NCBI GenBank assembly: GCA_964016885.1
Contig: OZ024743.1
Span: 139,314,001 to 139,378,000 of the forward strand
Reading direction: 5' to 3'
DNA from: Eledone cirrhosa
Taxonomy: Eukaryota
Length of the DNA stretch: 64,000 nt
Below the pieces are notes generated by a model, which worked only from the letters and a program-made list of their open reading frames with translations, searched no databases and was not told where the DNA came from. Below, piece after piece: positions 23,701-35,300 of the stretch; position 1 is the stretch's first letter, and every line of letters starts with the position of its first letter. The position numbers and the translations under genes were made by a program.

Positions 23701-26700
23701 TGTTTGCTGTTTGGTGTTTGGTCTTTGGTGCTTGGTGTTTGGTGCTTGGTGCTTGGTGTTTGGTGTTTGGTGCTTGGTGCTTGGTGCTTCGTGTTTGGTG
23801 TTTGGTGCTTGGTGTCTGGAGCTTGGTGTTTGGTGTTTGGTGCTTGGTGTTTGGTGTTTGGTGCTTGGTGCTTGGTGTTTGGTGCTTGGTGCTTGGTGTT
23901 TGTACTTGGTGCTTGGTGCTTGGTGTTTGGTGCTTGGTTCTTGGTGTTTGGTGCTTGGTGTTTGGTGCTTGGTGCTTGGTGTTTGGTGCTTGGTGCTTGG
24001 TGTTTGGTGTTTGGTGCTTGGTGCTTGGTGCTTGGTGTTTGATGTTTGGTGCTTGGTGCTTGGTGTTTCGTGTTTGGTTCTTGGTGCTTGGTATTTGGTG
24101 CTTGGTGCTTGCTGCTTGGTGTTTGGTGCTTGGTGATTGATGCTTGGTGTTTGGTGCTAGGTGCTTGGTGCTTGGTGTTTGGTGCTTGGTGTTTGGTGTT
24201 TGCTGCTTGGTGCTTGGGGCTTGGTGTTTGGTACTTGGTGCTTGGTGCTTGGTGTTTGGTGCTTGGTGCTTGGTGTATGGTGTTTGTTGTTTGGTGCTTG
24301 GTGTTTGGTGTTTGGTGCTTGGTGCTTGGTGTTTGTTGCTTGGTACTTGGTTCATGGTGTTTGGTGCTGGGTGCTTGGTGTTTGGTGCTTGGTGCTTGGT
24401 GTTTGGTGTTTGGTGCTTGGTGTTTGGTGTTTGGTGCTTGGTGCTTGGTGTTTGTTGCTTGGTACTTGGTGCATGGTGTTTGGTGCTGGGTGCTTGGTGT
24501 TTGGTGCTTGGTGTTTGGTGCTTGGTGCTTGGTGTTTGGTGTTTGGTGTTTGGTGTTTGGTGTTTGATGCTTGGTGCTTGGTGCTTGGTGTTTGGTGCTT
24601 GGTGTTTGTACTTGGTGCTTGGTGTTTTGTGCTTGGTCCTTTGTGTTTGGTGTTTGGTGCTTGGTGCTTGTTGCTTGGTGTTAGGTGTTTGGTGCTTGGT
24701 GCTTGGTGTTTGGTGTTTGGTCCTTGGTGCTTGGTGTTTAGTGCTTGGTGCTTGGTGTTTGTTGTTTGGTGCTTTCTGCTTGCTGCTTGGCGTTTGGTGC
24801 TTGGTGCTTGGTGCTTGGTGTTTGGTGTTTGGTGCTAGGTGCTTGGTGTTTGGTGTTTGGTGTTTGATGCTTGGTGTTTGGTGCTTGGTGTTTGGTGTTT
24901 TGTGCTTGGTGCTTGGGGCTTGGTGTTTAGTGCTTGGTGCTTGGTGCTTGGTTTTTGGTGCTTGGTGCTTGGTGTTTGGTGTTTGGTGTTTGGTGCTTGG
25001 TGCTTGGTGTTTGGTGCTTGGTGCTTGGTGCTGGGTGGTTGGTATTTGGTGCTTGGTGCTTGGTGTTTGGTGCTTGGTGCTTGGTGCTTGGTGTTTGGTG
25101 CTTGGTGCTTGGTGCTTGGTCTTTGGTGCTTGGTGTTTGGTGCTTGGTGCTTGGTGCTTGGGGTTTGGTGTTTGGTGCTTGGTACTTGGTGTTTGGTGCT
25201 TGGTGTTTGGTGTTTGCTGTTTGGTGTTTGGTGTTTGCTGTTTGCTGTTTGCTGTTTGCTTTTTGGTGTTTGGTGTTTGCTGTATGGTGTTTGCTGTTTG
25301 GTGTTTGGTGTTTGCTGTTTGGTGTTTGGTGTTTGCTGTTTGCTCTTTGGTGCTTGGTGTTTGGTGCTTGGTGCTTGGTGTTTGGTGTTTGGTGCTTGGT
25401 GCTTGGTGTTTGGTGTTTGTTGCTTGGTGCTTGGTGCTTGGTGTTTGGTGTTTGGTGTTTGGTGCTTGGTGTCTGGTGCTTGGTGTTTGGTGTTTGGTGT
25501 TTGGTGCTTGGTGTTTGGTGTTTGCTGTTTGGTGCTTGGTGTTTGGTGTTTGGTGTTTGGTGTTTGGTGCTTGTTGCTTGGTGCTTGGTGCTTGGGGTTC
25601 GGTTCTTGGTTCTTGGTGTTTGGTACTTGGTGCTTGGTGTTTGGTCCTGGGTGCTTGGTGTTTGCTGCTTGGTGCTTGGTGCTTGCTGTTTGGTGTTTGG
25701 TGCTTGGTGCTTGGTGTTTGGTGTTTGGTGTTATATGCTTGGTGTTTGATGCTTGGTGCTTGGTGCTTGGTATTTGGTGTTTGGTGCTTGGTGTTTGTAC
25801 TTGGTGCTTGGTTCTTGGTTCTTGGTGCTTGGTGCTTGGTGCTTGGTGCTTGGTGCTTGGTGTTTGGTGCTTGGTGTTTGGTGCTTGGTGTTTGGTGCTT
25901 GGTGCCTGGTGCTTGGTGCTTGGTGCTTGGTGTTTGGTGCTTGGTGTTTGGTGTTGGTGTTAGGTGTTTGGTGCTTGGTGCTTGGTGTTTGGTGTTTCGT
26001 GCTTGGTGTTTGGTGCTTGGTGCTTGGTGTTTGGTGTTTGGTGCTTGGTGTTTGGTGCTTGGTACTTGGTGCTTGGTGCTTGGTGTTAGGTGTTTGGTGC
26101 TTGGTGCTTGGTGTTTGGTTTTTGGTGCTTGGTGCTTGGTGTTTGGTGTTTGGTGCTTGCTGCTGGCTGCTTGGTGTTTGGTGCTTGGTGATTGGTGCTT
26201 GGTGTTTGGTGCTTGGTGTTTGGTGTTTGGTACTAGGTGCTTGGTGTTTGGTGTTTGGTGCTTGGTGCTTGGTGTTTGGTGTTTGGTGTTTGGTGCTTGG
26301 TGCTTGGTGCTTGGTGCTGGGTGGTTGGTGTTTGGTGCTTGGTGCTTGGGGTTTGGTGTTTGGTGCTTGGTGCTTGGTGTTTGGTGCTTGGTGCTTGGTG
26401 TTTGGTGCTTGGTGGTTGGTGTTTGCTGTTTGCTGTTTGCTGTTTGGTGTTTGTTGTTTGGTGTTTGTTGATTGGTGTTTGCTGTTTGGTGCTTGGTGCT
26501 TGGTCTTTGGTGCTTGGTGTTTGGTGTTTGGTGCTTGGTGCTTTGTGTTTGGTGCTTGGTGATTAGTGTTTGGTGCTTGGTGCTTGGGGTTTGGTGTTTG
26601 GTGCTTGGTACTTGGTGTTTGGTGCTTGGTGTTTGGTGTTTGCTGTTTGGTGTTTGGTGTTTGGTGTTTGCTGTATGGTGTTTGCTGTTTCGTGTTTGGT

Positions 26701-29700
26701 GTTTGCTGTTTGGTGTTTGGTGTTTGCTGTTTGGTGTTTGGTCTTTGGTGCTTGGTGTTTGGTGCTTGGTGCTTGGTGTTTGGTGTTTGGTGCTTGGTGT
26801 TTGGTGTTTGGTGCTTGGTGCTTGGTGCTTGGTGTTTGGTGTTTGGTGTTTGGTGCTTGGTGTCTGGTGCTTGGTGTTTGGTGTTTGGTGTTTGGTGCTT
26901 GGTGTTTGGTGTTTGGTGTTTGGTGTTTGGTGCTTGTTGCTTGGTACTTGGTGCTTGGTGTTTGGTGCTTGGTGCTTGGTGTTTGGTGCTGGGTGCTTGG
27001 TGTTTGGTGCTTGGTGCTTGGTGCTTGGTGTTTGGTGTTTGGTGCTTGGTGCTTGGTGCTTGGTGTTTGGTGTTTGGTGCTTGGTGTTTTATGCTTGGTG
27101 TTTGATGTTTGGTGCTTGGTGCTTGGTGTTTGGTGCTTGGTGCTTGGTGTTTGTACTTGGTGCTTGGTGCTTGGTTCTTGGTGTTTGGTGCTTGGTGCTT
27201 GGTGCTTGGTGCTTGGTGTTTGGTGCTTGGTGTTTGGTGCTTGGTGTTTGGTGCTTGGTGCCTGGTGCTTGGTGCTTGGTGCTTGGTGTTTGGTGCTTGG
27301 TGTTTGGTGCTTGGTATTAGGTGTTTGGTGCTTGGTGCTTGGTGTTTGGTGTTTGGTGCTTGGTGTTTGGTGCTTGGTGCTTGGTGTTTGGTGTTTGGTG
27401 CTTGGTGTTTGGTGCTTGGTACTTGGTGCTTGGTGCTTGGTGTTAGGTGTTTGGTGCTTGGTGCTTGGTGTTTGGTTTTTGGTGCTTGGTGCTTGGTGTT
27501 TGGTGTTTGGTGCTTGCTGCTGGCTGCTTGCTGTTTGGTGCTTGGTGATTGGTGCTTGGTGTTTGGTGCTTGGTGTTTGGTGTTTGGTACTAGGTGCTTG
27601 GTGCTTGGTGTTTGGTGCTTGGTGCTTGGTGTTTGGTGTTTGGTGCTTGGTGCTTGGTGTTTGGTGCTTGGTGCTGGGTGTTGGGTGGTTGGTGTTTGGT
27701 GTTTGGTGTTTGGTGCTGGGTGCTTGGTGTTTGGTGCTTGGTGTTTGGTCTTTGGTGTTTGGTGTTTGGTGTTTGGTGCTTGGTGCTTGGTGCTTGGTGT
27801 TTGGTGCTTGGTGCTTGGTGTTTGGTGCTTGGTGCTTAGTGTTTGGTGCTAGGTGCTTGGGGTTTGGTGTTTGGTGCTTGGTGCTTGGTGCTTGGTGTTT
27901 GGTGTTTGGTGTTTGCTGTTTGGTGTTTGGTGTTTGGTGTTTGCTGTTTGGTGTCTGCTTTTTGGTGTTTGGTGTTGGCTGTATGTTATTTGCTGTTTGG
28001 TGTTTGGTGTTTGGTGTTTGGTGCTTGGTGCTTGGTGTTTGGTGTTTGGTGCTTGGTGCTTGGAGTTTGGTGTTTGGTGCTTGGTGCTTGGTGTTTTGTG
28101 TTTGGTGTTTGGTTTTTGGTGCTTGGTGCTTGGTGCTTGTTGCTTGGTCCTTGGTGTTTGGTGCTTGGTGCTTGGTGTTTGTACTTGGTGCTTGGTGCTT
28201 GGTGTTTGGTTCTTGGTTCTTGGTGTTTGGTACTTGGTGCTTGGTGCTCGGTGCTTGGTGTTTGGTGTTTGGTGCTTGGTGTTTGGTGCTTGGTGCTTGG
28301 TGCATGGTGTTTGGTGCTTGGTGTTTGGTGTTTGCTGTTTGGTGTTTGGTGCTTGGTGTTTGGTGTTTGCTGTTTGGTGTCTGCTTTTTGGTGTTTGGTG
28401 TTTGCTGTATGGTGTTTGCTGTTTCGTGTTTGGTGTTTGCTGTTTGGTGTTTGGTGTTTGCTGTTTGGTGTTTGGTCTTTGGTGCTTGGTGTTTGGTGCT
28501 TGGTGCTTGGTGTTTGGTGTTTGGTGCTTGGTGCTTGGTGTTTCGTGTTTGGTGTTTGGTGCTTGGTGTCTGGAGCTTGGTGTTTGGTGTTTGGTGCTTG
28601 GTATTTGGTGTTTGGTGCTTGGTGCTTGGTGTTTGGTGCTTGGTGCTTGGTGTTTGTACTTGGTGCTTGGTGCTTGGTGTTTGGTGCTTGGTTCTTGGTG
28701 TTTGGTGCTTGGTGTTTGGTGCTTGGTGCTTGGTGTTTGGTGCTTGGTGCTTGGTGTTTGGTGTTTGGTGCTTGGTGCTTGGTGCTTGGTGTTTGGTGTT
28801 TGGTGCTTGGTGCTTGGTGTTTGGTGTTTGGTTCTTGGTGCTTGGTATTTGGTGCCTGGTGCTTGCTGCTTGGTGTTTGGTGCTTGGTGATTGATGCTTG
28901 GTGTTTGATGCTTGGTGCTTGGTGTTTGGTTTTTGGTGCTAGGTGCTTGGTGCTTGGTGTTTGGTGCTTGGTGTTTGGTGTTTGCTGCTTGGTGCTTGGG
29001 GCTTGGTGTTTGGTACTTGGTGCTTGGTGCTTGGTGTTTGGTGCTTGGTGCTTGGTGTATGGTGTTTGGTGTTTGGTGCTTGGTGTTTGGTGTTTGGTGC
29101 TTGGTGCTTGGTGTTTGTTGCTTGGTACTTGGTTCATGGTGTTTGGTGCTGGGTGCTTGGTGTTTGGTGCTTGGTGCTTGGTGTTTGGTGTTTGGTGCTT
29201 GGTGTTTGGTGTTTGGTGCTTGGTGCTTGGTGTTTGTTGCTTGGTACTTGGTGCATGGTGTTTGGTGCTGGGTGCTTGGTGTTTGGTGCTTGGTGTTTGG
29301 TGCTTGGTGCTTGGTGTTTGGTGTTTGGTGTTTGATGCTTGGTGTTTGATGCTTGGTGCTTGGTGCTTGGTGTTTGGTGCTTGGTGTTTGTACTTGGTGC
29401 TTGGTGTTTTGTGCTTGGTTCTTTGTGTTTGGTGTTTGGTGCTTGGTGCTTGGTGCTTGGTGTTAGGGGTTTGGTGCTTGGTGCTTGGTGTTTGGTGTTT
29501 GGTACTAGGTGCTTGGTGATTGGTGTTTGGCGCTTGGTGCTTGGTGTTTGGTGTTTGGTGTTTGGTGCTTGCTGCTTGGTGCTTGGTGCTGGGTGGTTGG
29601 TGTTTGGTGCTTGGTGATTAGTGTTTGGTGCTAGGTGCTTGGGGTTTGGTGTTTGGTGCTTGGTGCTTGGTGTTTGGTGCTTGGTGCTTGGTGTTTGGTG

Positions 29701-32315
29701 CTTGGTGCTTGGTGTTTGGTGTTTGCTGTTTGCTGTTTGGTGTTTGTTGTTTGGTGTTTGTTGTTTGGTGTTTGCTGTTTGGTGTTTGGTATTTGGTGTT
29801 TGCTGTTTGGTGGCTGCTTTTTGGTGTTTGGTGTTTGCTGTATGTTGTTTGCTGTTTGGTGTTTGGTGTTTGGTGTTTGGTGTTTGGTGCTTGGTGCTTG
29901 GTGTTTGGTGCTTGGTGCTTGGTGTTTGGTGCCTGGTGCTTGGTACTTGGTGTTTGGTGTTTGGTGCTTGGTGCTTGGTGCTTGGAGTTTGGTGTTTGGT
30001 GCTTGGTGCTTGGTGTTTTGTGTTTGGTGTTTGGTTTTTGGTGCTTGGTGCTTGGTGCTTGGTACTTAGTCCTTGGTGTTTGGTGCTTGGTGCTTGGTGT
30101 TTGTACTTGGTGCTTGGTGCTTGGTGTTTGGTTCTTGGTTCTTGGTGTTTGGTACTTGGTGCTTGGTGCTTGGTGCTTGGTGTTTGGTGTTTGGTGCTTG
30201 GTGTTTGGTGCTTGGTGCTTGGTGCTTGGTGCTTGGTGTTAGGTGTTTGGTGCTTGGTGCTTGGTGTTTGGTGCTTGGTGTTTGCTGTCTGGTGTTTGGT
30301 GTTTGGTGTTTGGTGTTTGCTGTTTGGTGTCTGCTTTTTGGTGTTTGGTGTTTGCTGTATGGTGTTTGCTGTTTGGTGTTTGGTGCTTCGTGTTTGGTGT
30401 TTGGTCTTTGGTGATTGGTGTCTGGTGCTTGATGTTTGGTGTTTGGTGTTTGGTGCTTGGTGCTTGGTGTTTGGTGCTTGGTGCTTGGTGTTTGTACTTG
30501 GTGCTTGGTGCTTGGTGTTTGGTGCTTGGTTCTTGGTGTTTGGTGCTTGGTGTTTGGTGCTTGGTGCTTGGTGTTTGGTGCTTGGTGCTTGGTGTTTGGT
30601 GTTTGGTGCTTGGTGCTTGGTGCTTGGTGTTAGGTGTTTGGTGCTTGGTGCTTGGTGTTTAGTGTTTGGTTCTTGGTGCTTGGTATTTGGTGCTTGGTGC
30701 TTGCTGCTTGGTGTTTGGTGCTTGGTGATTGATGCTTGGTGTTTGGTGCTTGGTGCCCAGTGTTTGGTTTTTGGTGCTAGGTGCTTGGTGCATGGTGTTT
30801 GGTGCTTGGTGTTTGGTGTTTGGTGGTTGGTTCTTGGGGATTGGTGTTTGGTACTTGGTGCTTGGTGCTTGGTGTTTGGTGCTTGGTGCTTGGTGTTCGG
30901 TGTTTGGTGCTTGGTGCTTGGTATTTGGTGCTTGGTGCTTGGTGTTTGGTGTTTGGTGCTTGGTGCTTGGTGTTTGGTGCTTGGTGCTTGGTGCTTGTTG
31001 TTTGGTGATTGGTGCTTGGTGCTTGGTGTTTGGTGCTTGGTGTTAGGTGTTTGGTGCTTGGTGCTTGGTGTTTGGTGTTTCGTGCTTGGTGTTTGGTGCT
31101 TGGTGCTTGGTGTTTGGTGTTTGGTGCTTGGTGTTTGGTGTTTGGTACTTGGTGCTTGGTGCTTGGTGTTAGGTGTTTGGTGCTTGGTGCTTGGTGTTTG
31201 GTTTTTGGTGCTTGGTGCTTGGTGTTTGGTGTTTGGTGCTTGCTGCTGGCTGCTTGGTGTTTGGTGCTTGGTGATTGGTGCTTGGTGTTTGGTGCTTGGT
31301 GTTTTGTGTTTGGTACTAGGTGCTTGGTGTTTGGTGTTTGGTGCTTGGTGCTTGGTGTTTGGTGTTTGGTGTTTGGTGCTTGGTGCTTGGTGCTTGGTGC
31401 TGGGTGGTTGGTGTTTGGTGCTTGGTGATTAGTGTTTGGTGCTAGGTGCTTGGGGTTTGGTGTTTGGTGCTTGGTGCTTGGTGTTTGGTGCTTGGTGCTT
31501 GGTGTTTGGTGCTTGGTGGTTGGTGTTTGCTGTTTGCTGTTTGCTGTTTGGTGTTTGTTGTTTGGTGTTTGTTGATTGGTGTTTGCTGTTTGGTGCTTGG
31601 TGCTTGGTCTTTGGTGCTTGGTGTTTGGTGTTTGGTGCTTGGTGCTTTGTGTTTGGTGCTTGGTGATTAGTGTTTGGTGCTTGGTGCTTGGGGTTTGGTG
31701 TTTGGTGCTTGGTACTTGGTGTTTGGTGCTTGGTGTTTGGTGTTTGCTGTTTGGTGTTTGGTGTTTGGTGTTTGCTGTATGGTGTTTGCTGTTTCGTGTT
31801 TGGTGTTTGCTGTTTGGTGTTTGGTGTTTGCTGTTTGGTGTTTGGTCTTTGGTGCTTGGTGTTTGGTGCTTGGTGCTTGGTGTTTGGTGTTTGGTGCTTG
31901 GTGTTTGGTGTTTGGTGCTTGGTGCTTGGTGCTTGGTGTTTGGTGTTTGGTGTTTGGTGCTTGGTGTCTGGTGCTTGGTGTTTGGTGTTTGGTGTTTGGT
32001 GCTTGGTGTTTGGTGTTTGGTGTTTGGTGTTTGGTGCTTGTTGCTTGGTACTTGGTGCTTGGTGTTTGGTGCTTGGTGCTTGGTGTTTGGTGCTGGGTGC
32101 TTGGTGTTTGGTGCTTGGTTCTTGGTGCTTGGTGTTTGGTGTTTGGTGCTTGGTGCTTGGTGCTTGGTGTTTGGTGTTTGGTGCTTGGTGTTTTATGCTT
32201 GGTGTTTGATGTTTGGTGCTTGGTGCTTGGTGTTTGGTGCTTGGTGCTTGGTGTTTGTACTTGGTGCTTGGTGCTTGGTTCTTGGTGTTTGGTGCTTGGT
32301 GCTTGGTGCTTGGTG
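14705..32315. repeat. Tandem duplication of an 8788-bp unit (copies about 14705-23492 and 23493-32280)
   Basis: ORF pairs 14740/23528, 15356/24144, 17775/26563, 19055/27843, 20833/29621 and 22788/31576 are all offset by 8788, with near-identical translations. The private marker TGTTATATGC occurs at ~16941 and ~25729. Confidence 0.95.
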
Positions 32316-35300
32316 CTTGGTGTTTGGTGCTTGGTGTTTGGTGCTTGGTGTTTGGTGCTTGGTACCTGGTGCTTGGTGCTTGGTGCTTGGTGTTTGGTGC
32401 TTGGTGTTTGGTGCTTGGTATTAGGTGTTTGGTGCTTGGTGCTTGGTGTTTGGTGTTTGGTGCTTGGTGTTTGGTGCTTGGTGCTTGGTGTTTGGTGTTT
32501 GGTGCTTGGTGTTTGGTGCTTGGTACTTGGTGCTTGGTGCTTGGTGTTAGGTGTTTGGTGCTTGGTGCTTGGTGTTTGGTTTTTGGTGCTTGGTGCTTGG
32601 TGTTTGGTGTTTGGTGCTTGCTGCTGGCTGCTTGCTGTTTGGTGCTTGGTGATTGGTGCTTGGTGTTTGGTGCTTGGTGTTTGGTGTTTGGTACTAGGTG
32701 CTTGGTGCTTGGTGTTTGGTGCTTGGTGCTTGGTGTTTGGTGTTTGGTGCTTGGTGCTTGGTGTTTGGTGCTTGGTGCTGGGTGCTGGGTGGTTGGTGTT
32801 TGGTGTTTGGTGTTTGGTGCTGGGTGCTTGGTGTTTGGTGCTTGGTGTTTGGTCTTTGGTGTTTGGTGTTTGGTGTTTGGTGCTTGGTGCTTGGTGCTTG
32901 GTGTTTGGTGCTTGGTGCTTGGTGTTTGGTGCTTGGTGCTTAGTGTTTGGTGCTAGGTGCTTGGGGTTTGGTGTTTGGTGCTTGGTGCTTGGTGCTTGGT
33001 GTTTGGTGTTTGGTGTTTGCTGTTTGGTGTTTGGTGTTTGGTGTTTGCTGTTTGGTGTCTGCTTTTTGGTGTTTGGTGTTGGCTGTATGTTATTTGCTGT
33101 TTGGTGTTTGGTGTTTGGTGTTTGGTGCTTGGTGCTTGGTGTTTGGTGTTTGGTGCTTGGTGCTTGGAGTTTGGTGTTTGGTGCTTGGTGCTTGGTGTTT
33201 TGTGTTTGGTGTTTGGTTTTTGGTGCTTGGTGCTTGGTGCTTGTTGCTTGGTCCTTGGTGTTTGGTGCTTACTGCTTGGTGTTTGTACTTGGTGCTTGGG
33301 GTTTGGTTCTTGGTTCTTGGTGTTTGGTACTTGGTGCTTGGTGCTCGGTGCTTGGTGTTTGGTGTTTGGTGCTTGGTGTTTGGTGCTTGGTGCTTGGTGC
33401 TTGGTGTTAGGTGTTTGGTGCTTGGTGCATGGTGTTTGGTGCTTGGTGTTTGGTGTTTGCTGTTTGGTGTTTGGTGCTTGGTGTTTGGTGTTTGCTGTTT
33501 GGTGTCTGCTTTTTGGTGTTTGGTGTTTGCTGTATGGTGTTTGCTGTTTCGTGTTTGGTGTTTGCTGTTTGGTGTTTGGTGTTTGCTGTTTGGTGTTTGG
33601 TCTTTGGTGCTTGGTGTTTGGTGCTTGGTGCTTGGTGTTTGGTGTTTGGTGCTTGGTGCTTCGTGCTTCGTGTTTGGTGTTTGGTGCTTGGTGTCTGGAG
33701 CTTGGTGTTTGGTGTTTGGTGCTTGGTATTTGGTGTTTGGTGCTTGGTGCTTGGTGTTTGGTGCTTGGTGCTTGGTGTTTGTACTTGGTGCTTGGTGCTT
33801 GGTGTTTGGTGCTTGGTTCTTGGTGTTTGGTGCTTGGTGTTTGGTGCTTGGTGCTTGGTGTTTGGTGCTTGGTGCTTGGTGTTTGGTGTTTGGTGCTTGG
33901 TGCTTGGTGCTTGGTGTTTGGTGTTTGGTGCTTGGTGCTTGGTGTTTGGTGTTTGGTTCTTGGTGCTTGGTATTTGGTGCTTGGTGCTTGCTGCTTGGTG
34001 TTTGGTGCTTGGTGATTGATGCTTGGTGTTTGATGCTTGGTGCTTGGTGTTTGGTTTTTGGTGCTAGGTGCTTGATGCTTGGTGTTTGGTGCTTGGTGTT
34101 TGGTGTTTGCTGCTTGGTGCTTGGGGCTTGGTGTTTGGTACTTGGTGCTTGGTGCTTGGTGTTTGGTGCTTGGTGCTTGGTGTATGGTGTTTGGTGTTTG
34201 GTGCTTGGTGTTTGGTGTTTGGTGCTTGGTGCTTGGTGTTTGTTGCTTGGTACTTGGTTCATGGTGTTTGGTGCTGGGTGCTTGGTGTTTGGTGCTTGGT
34301 GCTTGGTGTTTGGTGTTTGGTGCTTGGTGTTTGGTGTTTGGTGCTTGGTGCTTGGTGTTTGTTGCTTGGTACTTGGTGCATGGTGTTTGGTGCTGGGTGC
34401 TTGGTGTTTGGTGCTTGGTGTTTGGTGCTTGGTGCTTGGTGTTTGGTGTTTGGTGTTTGATGCTTGGTGTTTGATGCTTGGTGCTTGGTGCTTGGTGTTT
34501 GGTGCTTGGTGTTTGTACTTGGTGCTTGGTGTTTTGTGCTTGGTTCTTTGTGTTTGGTGTTTGGTGCTTGGTGCTTGGTGCTTGGTGTTAGGGGTTTGGT
34601 GCTTGGTGCTTGGTGTTTGGTGTTTGGTACTAGGTGCTTGGTGATTGGTGTTTGGCGCTTGGTGCTTGGTGTTTGGTGTTTGGTGTTTGGTGCTTGCTGC
34701 TTGGTGCTTGGTGCTGGGTGGTTGGTGTTTGGTGCTTGGTGATTAGTGTTTGGTGCTAGGTGCTTGGGGTTTGGTGTTTGGTGCTTGGTGCTTGGTGTTT
34801 GGTGCTTGGTGCTTGGTGTTTGGTGCTTGGTGCTTGGTGTTTGGTGTTTGCTGTTTGCTGTTTGGTGTTTGTTGTTTGGTGTTTGTTGTTTGGTGTTTGC
34901 TGTTTGGTGTTTGGTATTTGGTGTTTGCTGTTTGGTGGCTGCTTTTTGGTGTTTGGTGTTTGCTGTATGTTGTTTGCTGTTTGGTGTTTGGTGTTTGGTG
35001 TTTGGTGTTTGGTGCTTGGTGCTTGGTGTTTGGTGCTTGGTGCTTGGTGTTTGGTGCCTGGTGCTTGGTACTTAGTGTTTGGTGTTTGGTGCTTGGTGCT
35101 TGGTGCTTGGAGTTTGGTGTTTGGTGCTTGGTGCTTGGTGTTTTGTGTTTGGTGTTTGGTTTTTGGTGCTTGGTGCTTGGTGCTTGGTACTTAGTCCTTG
35201 GTGTTTGGTGCTTGGTGCTTGGTGTTTGTACTTGGTGCTTGGTGCTTGGTGTTTGGTTCTTGGTTCTTGGTGTTTGGTACTTGGTGCTTGGTGCTTGGTG

